A stretch of 47,416 nucleotides of DNA from Rickettsiales bacterium. GTDB taxonomy: Bacteria > Pseudomonadota > Alphaproteobacteria > Rickettsiales > JABIRX01. Each line of letters starts with the position of its first letter. Position 1 is the stretch's first letter. Of this stretch, positions 1 through 8,558 are shown one piece after another. The notes below the pieces were generated by a model. It saw only the letters and a list, made by a program, of their open reading frames with translations. It had not been told where the DNA came from and did not search any database. The stretch spans positions 1 to 47,416 of the forward strand of contig JAWUXM010000048.1 in the NCBI GenBank assembly GCA_034111325.1, written 5' to 3'. Position numbers and translations under genes: made by a program.

Positions 1-413
1 TAATAGTTAAAATCCGTTGATTTATCACCTGCCCACTTCCAGATCAAATCCGTTGTTGTGTGTAGTTGCAGCAAGGCAATGTCAGCATTGTTAGGGTGAG
101 CAAGGAATTTGAGCAATTGTTTGATCACTTGTTTGTCAGATTGGCGCAGGCGAATTATCACCGCTTGTTTGATGCGTTCACGGATTTTAAGCTCCGTAGG
201 GTCAATTTCTGCTAATTCAGCAAGCATCTCATTATTTTTCACTGCAAAATAATATTCCGCGAATGCCTTCTCACCACCAATTAGCGCCTCACCCGCATTC
301 TCATCCTCCGCAACTAAACGTGATGCATCCTGCATCGCCGCTAAACTCCAACCTTGCGTTTTTACATTTTCTAGAAACTGGGTAAATATTTTTTGTTTTA
401 GATCTTTTGTCAT
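1..413 (-). CDS. COQ9-family ubiquinone biosynthesis protein (runs off the window edge)
   Basis: Not in the ORF track. Manual translation from ATG at 413 gives MTKDLKQKIF...LKIRERIK...DLIWKWAGDKSTDFNY; IWxxAGDxSTDFNY is the COQ9 C-terminal motif. Confidence 0.85.
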   Translation of the reverse strand, partial: MTKDLKQKIFTQFLENVKTQGWSLAAMQDASRLVAEDENAGEALIGGEKAFAEYYFAVKNNEMLAELAEIDPTELKIRERIKQAVIIRLRQSDKQVIKQLLKFLAHPNNADIALLQLHTTTDLIWKWAGDKSTDFNY

Positions 414-477
414 GGCTTTATTGCTTTGATTACACCCCAATCTAGGAGTTTCTCTAATTTTGCCAAGTAGAAAGTTC

Positions 478-519
478 TTGACCTTGGATATGTAAATATG
501 TATATAATGCAATACATAT
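478..519 (+). promoter_or_regulatory. Probable sigma70 promoter and autoregulatory operator of the TA operon
   Basis: TTGACC(478)-17 bp-TATATA/TATAAT. ATATGTA occurs twice in direct orientation and once inverted (TACATAT) over the promoter, typical of RHH antitoxin operators. Confidence 0.5.
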
Positions 520-538
520 TAATTATCTAAGGTACGTT

Positions 539-817
539 ATGGGGCAAATTATAAAACGCGTAACAATTGACTTCCCTGCTGAATTATACAAAGCAATTAA
601 AATGGTCTCCGCAATGAAGGACTCTACAATTAAGAGTTTTGTAATTGATGCAGTAAAAACTAAGTTAGCAAAAAATGGCAGAACGCCTAATGAGGCAACT
701 AAGAAGGCACTCAGCCAATCTTTAAAAGATGAATCTACAGGTAAACTTACTGCATTTTCTGACGTTGAAGACCTCTTTCGCCATATAGATAAAATTTCTG
801 ACGATGCTCAAAATTAG
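539..817 (+). CDS. Type II antitoxin, RHH / RelB-DinJ-like
   Basis: N-terminal RHH pattern (KRVTIDFPAELYKAIK), C-terminal PNEAT...FSDVEDLF typical of DinJ/RelB; overlaps the toxin start. Confidence 0.8.
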   Translation: MGQIIKRVTIDFPAELYKAIKMVSAMKDSTIKSFVIDAVKTKLAKNGRTPNEATKKALSQSLKDESTGKLTAFSDVEDLFRHIDKISDDAQN

Positions 818-1073
818 ATCCACTAAAAAATTTGATAAGGATTTAAGAACTTCTTTTAAACGCGGGAAGAGCCCTACAAAGCTAAAAGCCATCATATCCC
901 TACTTGCTAAGCAACAAGAACTTCCAGCAAAAAACAAAGATCATAACTTAAAAGGAAATTACATTGGCACCAGAGAATGTCATATTGAACCTGACTGGCT
1001 TTTAATTTACAGGGTGTCAAACGAGTTATTGATATTAGAAAGAATCGGCACCCATTCTGACTTATTTAGATAA
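804..1073 (+). CDS. yafQ: Type II toxin, YafQ/RelE family mRNA interferase
   Basis: DHNLKGNY..RECHIEPDWLLIYR...RIGTHSDLF signature. Confidence 0.9.
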   Translation: MLKIRSTKKFDKDLRTSFKRGKSPTKLKAIISLLAKQQELPAKNKDHNLKGNYIGTRECHIEPDWLLIYRVSNELLILERIGTHSDLFR

Positions 1074-1157
1074 GCATTGGTACTCCCTAAATGCGCTGAT
1101 GGCTAGACAGATGTGACAAATCAATTTAGCACGACGATTTTATCCTACTTCTCCATA

Positions 1158-1251
1158 GTCATAGCCTGAATCCGCAGGATTCTAAGGGTATCCAGGAGCA
1201 AAGGGCGGCTAATTGCATGTGGCTGTGGATTCCTGCCTGCGCAGGAATGAC
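1158..1251. repeat. REP-like bipartite palindrome (family B: GTCAT...ATGAC)
   Basis: GTCATAGCCTGAATCC...; right arm GGATTCCTGCCTGCGCAGGAATGAC is a hairpin; lies between convergent yafQ and atpG. Confidence 0.7.
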
Positions 1252-1282
1252 GAATAAAATCAAAGGGTGGTTTGTGCGGAAT

Positions 1283-1330
1283 AAATCTGAGGATTTTGTA
1301 ATTGACCCTATGGAAGAAATCTGAGGATTT
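1283..1330. repeat. Two terminal fragments of family A repeat
   Basis: AAATCTGAGGATTT occurs twice; the second overlaps the atpG stop codon. Confidence 0.6.
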
Positions 1331-2201
1331 ACATACTCTCGACGGCGGAGATTATTTCAATTAGCTCAGTTGTGATTTTTGCCTGTCTAGTTCTGTTATA
1401 AAGAACTTTAAGATTTTTAGTAAGCTCTTCACTGTTTTTCACTGCATTATCCATCGCTGTCATCCTAGCTCCTTGCTCACTTGCATAAGTTTCCAACACT
1501 GCATGTTGAATTTGCGCCGCGATGTTGGCGGGTAATAATTTATCCAAACATTTTTCTTTGCTTGGCTCATATTCAATTTCAGTTTGCGTAGATACAGAAG
1601 CCTCAAACTCTAAAGGAATGATTTTCTTATCACCAACTTCTTGCGACATTGCAGTTATAAATTTTGCGTAGATAAGGTGGCATTCATCAAAGCCACCATT
1701 TTCAAATAGATCAATGATTTCAGCCGTGATTCCGTCAATCTCTGTATTTGAAATTGGACGAGAACTAAAGCCTTCACGATAATTAAGGATATTTTCTTTA
1801 CAGTGATTTTCCAACTGTTCAAAACCCTTCTTACCTATTGCGATAATTTTGAGTTGTTTTCCTTCGGCAATTTTTGCAGCAACTTGCTTTTTAACATATT
1901 TGACTATGTTGCTGTTTAAACCTCCGCATAAGCCACGGTCACTAGTTATTACTATATAGAGAATAGTATCTTGCTTGCCTGAACCATGAAGTAGTGATTT
2001 TTCATTGATCAATTCGCCGGCCGAACTGCTAGCAATGTTGGTGACCATATCCCATAATTTAGCAGTATATGGGCGATTATTCTCCGCTGCTTCACGCGCC
2101 TTACGCAGTTTAGAAGCCGAGACCATTTTCATGGCCTGCGTTATCTTCTTGGTCTTGGCTATACTGCCAATTCTGAGTTTAAGGGTTTTTAGATCAGCCA
2201 T
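1329..2201 (-). CDS. atpG: F1 ATP synthase gamma subunit
   Basis: KITQAMKMVSASK, SDRGLCGG, EQGARMTAMDNA, RQAKITTELIEII. Confidence 0.98.
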   Translation of the reverse strand: MADLKTLKLRIGSIAKTKKITQAMKMVSASKLRKAREAAENNRPYTAKLWDMVTNIASSSAGELINEKSLLHGSGKQDTILYIVITSDRGLCGGLNSNIVKYVKKQVAAKIAEGKQLKIIAIGKKGFEQLENHCKENILNYREGFSSRPISNTEIDGITAEIIDLFENGGFDECHLIYAKFITAMSQEVGDKKIIPLEFEASVSTQTEIEYEPSKEKCLDKLLPANIAAQIQHAVLETYASEQGARMTAMDNAVKNSEELTKNLKVLYNRTRQAKITTELIEIISAVESM

Positions 2202-2205
2202 CTAT

Positions 2206-3735
2206 CTATTCAAACGTTATAGTAAAGTCAGTAATGATCTTCTTCAATCTCTCTTCAAGTGGATCAGTTAACTTTTGCTCTTTCTTGATAGCAGGCAAAA
2301 AGTCACTATGTACAAGTTTGATATGAGATAAAATCTCTGTTTCAAACCTTGTTACTTTTTCAACAGGGATTTTAGCAAGATAACCTTTCACACCGATATA
2401 AATCGACACGACTTGTTCTTCAACTTGCAAAGGTGTATATTGTGGCTGTTTTAGGAGCTCAGTTAATTTACGGCCTTTATCAAGCAAGTTACGGGTAGAC
2501 TCATCTAAATCAGAACCAAATTGGGCAAAAGCTTCCATTTCACGATATTGTGCGAGCTCAAGCTTAATCGAGCCAGCGACTTGTTTCATCGCTTTAATTT
2601 GCGCAGCTGAACCGACACGAGAAACTGATAAACCAACATTGAGCGCTGGACGAATACCTTTATAGAATAATTCTGCTTCAAGGAAGATCTGTCCGTCAGT
2701 AATTGAAATCACGTTTGTAGGGATATAAGCAGAAACGTCACCAGCCTGAGTTTCAATAACTGGTAATGCAGTTAGTGAGCCAGCGCCTTTTTCATCAGAC
2801 ATTTTAGCGGCACGTTCAAGCAAGCGAGAATGTAAATAGAATACGTCACCCGGATATGCTTCACGCCCTGGAGGACGACGAAGTAACAATGACATTTGAC
2901 GATAAGCAACCGCATGTTTACTTAAATCATCATAAGCAATCAGCGCATGTTTACCATTGTCTCTGAAATACTCACCCATTGCACAACCAGTATATGGCGC
3001 TAGAAATTGCATAGGCGCAGGCTCAGAAGCAGTGGCGGCAACAACGATTGAATATTTCATCGCACCAGATTCTTCTAGCTTTTTAACTATACGAGCAACT
3101 GTTGAGCGTTTTTGCCCAATTGCAACATAGATGCAGTAGAGTTTTCCCTTATCATCACCAGCATCATGTGCAGGTTTTTGATTAATGAATGCGTCTATAA
3201 TAATTGCAGTTTTACCTGTTTGACGATCACCAATAATTAATTCTCTTTGCCCTCTTCCGATTGGAATCAAGCTGTCGATCGCTTTAATTCCTGTTTGCAC
3301 AGGCTCATGTACTGATTTACGATCAATAATTCCTGGAGCTTTAACTTCAACTCTTTGATATTTGACATTCTTTAACGGACCTTTACCGTCAATAGGATTA
3401 CCTAAACCATCAACCACGCGCCCAAGTAGACCTTCACCGCTTGGCACTTCCATGATTTTACCAGTTCTTTTGACAATGTCGCCTTCTCTAACTGCACGAT
3501 CATTACCAAAAATCACAATTCCGACTGAAGAAGATTCCAAATTTAGCGCCATGCCTTTTATGCCATTATCAAACTCGACCATTTCGCCAGCTTGGATGTC
3601 ATCTAAACCATAACAAACGGCAACTCCGTCACTTACAGAAACAACTTCTCCAACTTCTTTTAATTCAAAATCATTGGCAAAACCAGTGATTTGCTTTTTG
3701 ATAATATTTGAAACTTCTGCTGCTTTTAATTTCAT
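2206..3735 (-). CDS. atpA: F1 ATP synthase alpha subunit
   Basis: GDRQTGKT Walker [25 protein letters not shown]. Confidence 0.99.
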   Translation of the reverse strand: MKLKAAEVSNIIKKQITGFANDFELKEVGEVVSVSDGVAVCYGLDDIQAGEMVEFDNGIKGMALNLESSSVGIVIFGNDRAVREGDIVKRTGKIMEVPSGEGLLGRVVDGLGNPIDGKGPLKNVKYQRVEVKAPGIIDRKSVHEPVQTGIKAIDSLIPIGRGQRELIIGDRQTGKTAIIIDAFINQKPAHDAGDDKGKLYCIYVAIGQKRSTVARIVKKLEESGAMKYSIVVAATASEPAPMQFLAPYTGCAMGEYFRDNGKHALIAYDDLSKHAVAYRQMSLLLRRPPGREAYPGDVFYLHSRLLERAAKMSDEKGAGSLTALPVIETQAGDVSAYIPTNVISITDGQIFLEAELFYKGIRPALNVGLSVSRVGSAAQIKAMKQVAGSIKLELAQYREMEAFAQFGSDLDESTRNLLDKGRKLTELLKQPQYTPLQVEEQVVSIYIGVKGYLAKIPVEKVTRFETEILSHIKLVHSDFLPAIKKEQKLTDPLEERLKKIITDFTITFE

Positions 3736-3745
3736 TGTTGTAGAA

Positions 3746-4315
3746 TTATAAAGTTAATAATATTTTTTTACTTTCTGCCTCCATGCGGTTTAACGCTGAA
3801 CGTATAGAACCATCTAGCATTTTTGAACCTACGAGGAAAGTTACCCCGCCGATAATCTCCTTATCAATCGTGCTTTTGATTTTGATATTTTTCTTGGTTG
3901 ATTTCTCAAAACTAGCAATGATTTCCTTCTCCTGTTTAGCTGAAATAGGAAAAGTTGAAGTTATATTAACCGTTGCTTCATTACGTTCAATTGCTAATAA
4001 ATTCAAGAATTCGTCGACAATTTCTGTCACGATATTTATGCGGGAATGGCTAGCTAATAATATTAGCAAATTGCTGCTGACTGAATTGAACTTCTCGGCC
4101 TTGCAAATTTCAGTAATAGCTCTTTGACGTTTGATTTTGTCAAAAACTGGGCTTGAACAAAAGCTCTCTAATTCTCTGTTTTCCTTCAAGCTAGTACGAA
4201 AATTAACTAAGTCCCCTTCAACGGCGCTAAGTGCTTTCTTTTCTTTAGCAGCTAAAAAAGCAGCCTTCGCATAGCGTTTAGCAATCTCGGCAATATCTTT
4301 AAAGGCAATTGGCAT
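3746..4315 (-). CDS. atpH: F1 ATP synthase delta subunit (start moved to ATG 4315)
   Basis: IAKRYAKA N-terminus, IIGG...MLDGSIR C-terminus, directly upstream of atpA. Confidence 0.93.
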   Translation of the reverse strand: MPIAFKDIAEIAKRYAKAAFLAAKEKKALSAVEGDLVNFRTSLKENRELESFCSSPVFDKIKRQRAITEICKAEKFNSVSSNLLILLASHSRINIVTEIVDEFLNLLAIERNEATVNITSTFPISAKQEKEIIASFEKSTKKNIKIKSTIDKEIIGGVTFLVGSKMLDGSIRSALNRMEAESKKILLTL

Positions 4316-4498
4316 GATAAATTTATTTTGACTTGAAACACCTCCGGAGGCTTTTATACTAAGGGGATATAGATTACAAGCCCAAAAGTTATTTGGCACA
4401 CTGGGGACTGTTTCAAGAACTATAGCGCGACCACATATCTTTTAGTAAAAAAGATATAGTGACTTATTTACCCCTAGTGAAGATAAGCTCGGCACTCG

Positions 4499-5077
4499 CT
4501 AAAAAAGATCCGCAACGTCAATACCAAGCGTTGTAAGTAAGTGACGATAAATAAGAAACACCAACGCAAATAGCGCTGTAAATAAAATCACCCGATATTT
4601 AAAATTATGCTTATGGAATAATTTACGCTCTTTATGGCTTGCTACATCCATCAGCTCGTCGCCAAAATAAACTGATAGAAAAGTGCCTAAACAAGAAAGT
4701 AGAATAATCCCCCAATATGGATAAGGGTTAGTAAGAATTTGCTTAAAGAGCGAGGTTAGAAAAGTTCTCTCATATTGCTCAGCTGCAAATTGCAGAGCAA
4801 AAATATTAATAAGTATTGCTATTACCCAGACAAAAACTTCAGCAACAAACATCCGCACACCGAATAATAAACGCAGTGGGAAATCCAGCAAAAACCCAGC
4901 ATCGGCCACTGGCGTACATAGCACAAAAAAGCTCCAACTAAGCGCCGCTACCAAGAGCCCAGTGGAAAGATCAAACTTCAGCGCAAGATAAGTAAAATAG
5001 CCAAATACGATGCATAGAAGCAAGAGGAACTTAATGAATACTTGTTGCTTAGTTTTGTGTTTAAATAATTCTCTCAT
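4499..5077 (-). CDS. Hypothetical integral membrane protein
   Basis: About 5 hydrophobic segments; WSFFVLCTPVADAGFLLDFP motif; AAGAGGTA 7 nt before the ATG. Confidence 0.75.
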   Translation of the reverse strand: MRELFKHKTKQQVFIKFLLLLCIVFGYFTYLALKFDLSTGLLVAALSWSFFVLCTPVADAGFLLDFPLRLLFGVRMFVAEVFVWVIAILINIFALQFAAEQYERTFLTSLFKQILTNPYPYWGIILLSCLGTFLSVYFGDELMDVASHKERKLFHKHNFKYRVILFTALFALVFLIYRHLLTTLGIDVADLF

Positions 5078-5083
5078 TGCATA

Positions 5084-6157
5084 CTACCTCTTGAAAATCC
5101 CAATAATTTCTAAATATTGATTCCAATAAAACTGATCAATCGCCACAGCAGATTCTAATTGATAACCGCCAGCAAGCAAAATTTTAGCATCACGCTGAAA
5201 CGTTATAGGGTTGCATGAAACCAAAATCACTTTTTTGACATTGCTTTGTGCAATTTTCTGCGCCTGACTTTTAGCACCAAGGCGTGGCGGATTAATTACA
5301 ATTGCATCAAATTTATTTAACTCTTCTACTGCTAGTGGGGTTTTGAATAAATCGCGCTGCTGCGCCGAAATTTTCTTATCAAACCCTGCACGCAAAGCTG
5401 CATTGTAAATCTCCATAACCATTTGCTTTTCACCTTCGTAAGCCGTAACGTTCTTATCTTGCGCTGCCAAAGGCAGGCTGTAAGTTCCGCAGCCGCTAAA
5501 TAGATCAACAATATTTTTCTCTGCTGCAACTTCCTGCAAAATAATTTGCGTAATCGCCTGCTCGCCTTTTTCCGTTGCTTGTAGGAAGCTGCCTATTGGC
5601 GGATTCACCGCAACATTCAAAAATTGCACAATCGCTTCACTATTTCCATAGATTGGTACTATCTCTTTTTCCTTAAGCGCTAAACGCACAATGTTATTTT
5701 CCTTGGCAAAATTGCTGATTTTTTGCTGATCACTATCTGTCAATTTCTCCCGCAGAATAAAACCTGCATCCAAACCATTTGCCATAATCGTTAGGCTTAG
5801 CTCTTTAATATTGCTTGGTTTTTTGAGCGTCTCTAACAATTCGCGCAGCTTTGGCAAAATCTTTACAAGTAGCGCATCACTCACTGGGCACATTTCTAAA
5901 TCAACCACATCATGAGTTTTCGCTTGATAGAAACCTATTTGCGCTTTGCCTTTTTGCATGGCTACTTTGAAAACAGCACGGCGACGACTTCCCTCCCCAA
6001 TTTTAATTAACGGCTTGATAAGCTCCGCACTCGCACCAAGCTCAGCTACAATATCCGATAATATCTTGCCCTTAAAATCATAATATTCTGCATCGCTGAG
6101 ATGCTGCAAACTACACCCTCCGCAAACGCCATAATGCCCACATGCTGCTTTTGTCAT
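5084..6157 (-). CDS. RlmD/TrmA-family RNA uracil-5 methyltransferase (no TRAM domain)
   Basis: CGHYGVCGGCSLQH Fe-S motif, SFLQ, DLFSGCG, NPPRLG, VSCNP, DQF. Confidence 0.9.
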   Translation of the reverse strand: MTKAACGHYGVCGGCSLQHLSDAEYYDFKGKILSDIVAELGASAELIKPLIKIGEGSRRRAVFKVAMQKGKAQIGFYQAKTHDVVDLEMCPVSDALLVKILPKLRELLETLKKPSNIKELSLTIMANGLDAGFILREKLTDSDQQKISNFAKENNIVRLALKEKEIVPIYGNSEAIVQFLNVAVNPPIGSFLQATEKGEQAITQIILQEVAAEKNIVDLFSGCGTYSLPLAAQDKNVTAYEGEKQMVMEIYNAALRAGFDKKISAQQRDLFKTPLAVEELNKFDAIVINPPRLGAKSQAQKIAQSNVKKVILVSCNPITFQRDAKILLAGGYQLESAVAIDQFYWNQYLEIIGIFKR

Positions 6158-6276
6158 ACTACTTAACTATTGGTTGATAGACGTTATTAATCTTCGGAGT
6201 TGATTTTAGCAACAATGCCGTTATTTTCTGCCCTCTGCAAAATAGATGCTGATACTATCTATTTATAGAAAAACCA

Positions 6277-6363
6277 AAATCTGTGGTTTTTGTGGTGATT
6301 TTTTGTGAATAAGCGAAACGAATAAAAGTTACTTGCGAAAAAGGATACAAAAAGACCAGATTT
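6277..6363. repeat. Family A hairpin repeat, internally deleted copy
   Basis: AAATCTG...CAGATTT termini; shares CGAAACGAATAAAAGTTA with the copy at 30029. Confidence 0.75.
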
Positions 6364-6364
6364 A

Positions 6365-6494
6365 ATGTGGACAGGTGGCCGAGTGGGCTTGCCCGTTAAG
6401 AAAACAACATGTTATGTTGTTTTTAGGAGCAAGCGGGAGGAATCTTTGATTCCGACCTGGTCATGGAGCAAAAGCAGCGAGCTTTTTGCGACCA
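6365..6494 (+). other. Duplicated tRNA-Ser 5' end followed by three hairpins
   Basis: ATGTGGACAGGTGGCCGAGTGG at 6365-6386 is identical to 6570-6591. It is followed by hairpins GCTTGC..AAAACAACAT/ATGTTGTTTT..GCAAGC, GGAATC/GATTCC and TGGTC..GCAAAAGC/GCTTTTTGC..GACCA. Confidence 0.8.
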
Positions 6495-6573
6495 AAAATA
6501 AATCTTAAACCACACGGCTAAAAAGTTGTAAAGTTTAAGAAAAGAAGTAGAAGAGTATCAATTGTTAATATGT

Positions 6574-6663
6574 GGACAGGTGGCCGAGTGGTTTAAGGCA
6601 GCAGTCTTGAAAACTGCCGTGCGGGCAACCGTACCGTGGGTTCGAATCCTACCCTGTCCGCCA
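6574..6663 (+). tRNA. tRNA-Ser(TGA)
   Basis: GGACAGG/CCTGTCC acceptor stem, GCAGT-CTTGAAA-ACTGC anticodon arm, long variable arm, GGTTCGAATCC T arm, encoded CCA. Confidence 0.97.
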
Positions 6664-7861
6664 GCTACACTTTGCGAACTTTCGCTACTCAGAAGTTCTA
6701 ACAACTACTCATATTTACTGACTAATAATCATAAGCCTTTTCTATCTGGTACTCAAATACTCTACTGATTACTAATTATTGCTATGGTGGAGATAGATTT
6801 TCTAGCTATTGCTCATAATGTCTAGATTAAAATATTGAATATTTTTAATGAGTTCGGAGATAATCATGGAAAGTAACGCTTCTAATCTTTAATATTGCTG
6901 GCTTTATTAAGGTGTATCCCAAGCGAAGAATTAGAGAACTTCTCGCTAATCTTCTGATCACTTTATATTAAGACAAAGTAGCCTATTCTTATTGAGAATC
7001 TCAATTCAAATGTTTTTGATAAAATTTAATTTAGTATATATATTTTCGATTTTTCTGCGAAGATTTTGTTTATAAATCTTGACCTTAAGAAGTCGTTTGT
7101 ATAATTTTTCGTACTTATATTAATAATAATGTATTTCCAAATAAAAATGTCTAAATATCACACTGTTTACAGAAATATAATATCTATCGTTGTTATAGCT
7201 ATGGTTACAACTTCCTGCACTAGCAACTCTGGCAGATTCACCGCTTTGTCCACAAATAGTGTTCGAGGCTTAGAGCATGATGGTAAAAACAGAGAGAACA
7301 TTACTAGTGTTAAAGGCAGGAGTTGTGAAAATAGAATATACTTCACTAGGGCGGTAGCAGGAGTTTTTCTTATCTTCCCTTGGTTTATGAGGTCATTTGA
7401 CGTCGCGTGGGGGCAGAAGGAAAGAAAGCTAGAAGATGCTACGTACAAGGCAATTAAAAATGGTAAAGAGAAGGGGGTCTTTGATGGCGACTTGTTGATC
7501 GACGCCTCTGTTGAAGAATATACAATGATCATACCTTTGATTTATGGTAGGCTATGTACTTCAGTGGAAGGGGATGTCATTTCTTCTGGCACTAGAACCA
7601 AAGGATATTTAGAAAAAAAAGAAGGTCTTTAAACTAAGAAGGGGTCACCTTATGAATTTATCCCTACTAGAGTGCTCCATGCAAGGATTATAAATCTTTT
7701 GGTTAATGCGATAGGTGCCAATACCAAGAGATGGCTCAATTTAGATGTCAAATAACACGCACTCAGATTGAGTATGATAATTTGTCATAAATTTTTTTGA
7801 TTAAATTTAATAGAAATATTTTATCTAAAAAAGTTCGCACAAAGGGTTGCGTCCACCGCCA
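6658..7861. mobile_element. Putative mini genomic island at the tRNA-Ser 3' end
   Basis: CCGCCA core at 6658 and 7856; inner 10 bp inverted pair TGCGAACTTT (6673) / AAAGTTCGCA (7830); AT-rich cargo; no recombinase in cis. Confidence 0.5.
7147..7632 (+). CDS. Putative lipoprotein (start 7147 or 7129)
   Basis: Hydrophobic signal ending in VTTS-C lipobox; VKGRSC and C-x-x-VEG pattern reminiscent of TRL-like small lipoproteins. Confidence 0.7.
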   Translation: MSKYHTVYRNIISIVVIAMVTTSCTSNSGRFTALSTNSVRGLEHDGKNRENITSVKGRSCENRIYFTRAVAGVFLIFPWFMRSFDVAWGQKERKLEDATYKAIKNGKEKGVFDGDLLIDASVEEYTMIIPLIYGRLCTSVEGDVISSGTRTKGYLEKKEGL

Positions 7862-7872
7862 ACATTCCCCAG

Positions 7873-7917
7873 TTATAAAGTCAAGAAGAAGAGCGATAAC
7901 GACTCTTGATTTTATAA
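7873..7917. terminator. Imperfect hairpin just outside the right att site
   Basis: TTATAAAGTCAAGA...TCTTGATTTTATAA inverted repeat. Confidence 0.4.
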
Positions 7918-8022
7918 TTTTGGAATGAAAGCTATACTGCTCCCCATTAAGGAATTAGATTTGCTAGAGGTAAATTTGATTGTTTATTGCTTTAGAGATT
8001 TATTAACTTAACTTAAGATTTA

Positions 8023-8349
8023 GGGACTGTCCAAAATAGCGTGTCTGTGTAAATAAATAATTGCGAAGATTAGGTATAGGAATTACCAAAAGTTGTTGAA
8101 TTTAATAACTTAAAAAAGGTAGTCCCTATGAGTAAACTAATTAATAAAGATTCTATAGGAAATCTGCGAGAGGCGACGTCGTCGTTTAGCTTGAATGGAT
8201 TTTTGTCGCATACGGTTGAAGTCTTGATGCAGATAGAGCGTGACGAATATTTATCGTCGGCTAAAATATCGGGAGTTGTTAATAAGGGCAATGGTTTTTA
8301 TAATCGCAATTTCAAATCATTATTGCGATGCTATTTACATCACAGTTAG
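8023..8349 (+). mobile_element. IS256-family remnant: left end plus truncated transposase (8128-8349)
   Basis: GGGACTGTCCAAAA terminus; VEVLMQIERDEYL...NKGNGFYNR matches the IS256 transposase N-terminus; only 73 aa remain. Confidence 0.75.
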
Positions 8350-8558
8350 AAGAGGTGACTCCTACGCAAAAGATGCTAAATCTTCCCTCTTCCACTCCCT
8401 AAGAACTCATCTTTCTGCTTCAAGCAGAACACTATATTTTTATTGTTTGAACTTACGATCAATTCATGATTATAATCATCTACGAAAAAGCAACAACTCG
8501 CCTTGACTCTAACTACAAGCAGTTCTAACTAGCTAAAAATTATAATTTACACGAAGCA

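Noticed and set aside
4332-4417. 6S RNA or SRP RNA call
   Set aside because: Too short for 6S and lacks the SRP helix 8 motif; kept only as a structured leader.
6562-6768. 68 aa ORF
   Set aside because: Translation of tRNA-Ser and its flank.
7079-7105. TTGACC...TATAAT promoter for the lipoprotein gene
   Set aside because: Spacer is only 15 bp in very AT-rich DNA; not supportable.
7640-7790. Possible pseudogene on the minus strand inside the mini-island
   Set aside because: Short, stop-interrupted frame with no family I can recognise.
8240-8506. 88 aa ORF overlapping the IS remnant
   Set aside because: No recognisable transposase continuation; probably spurious.
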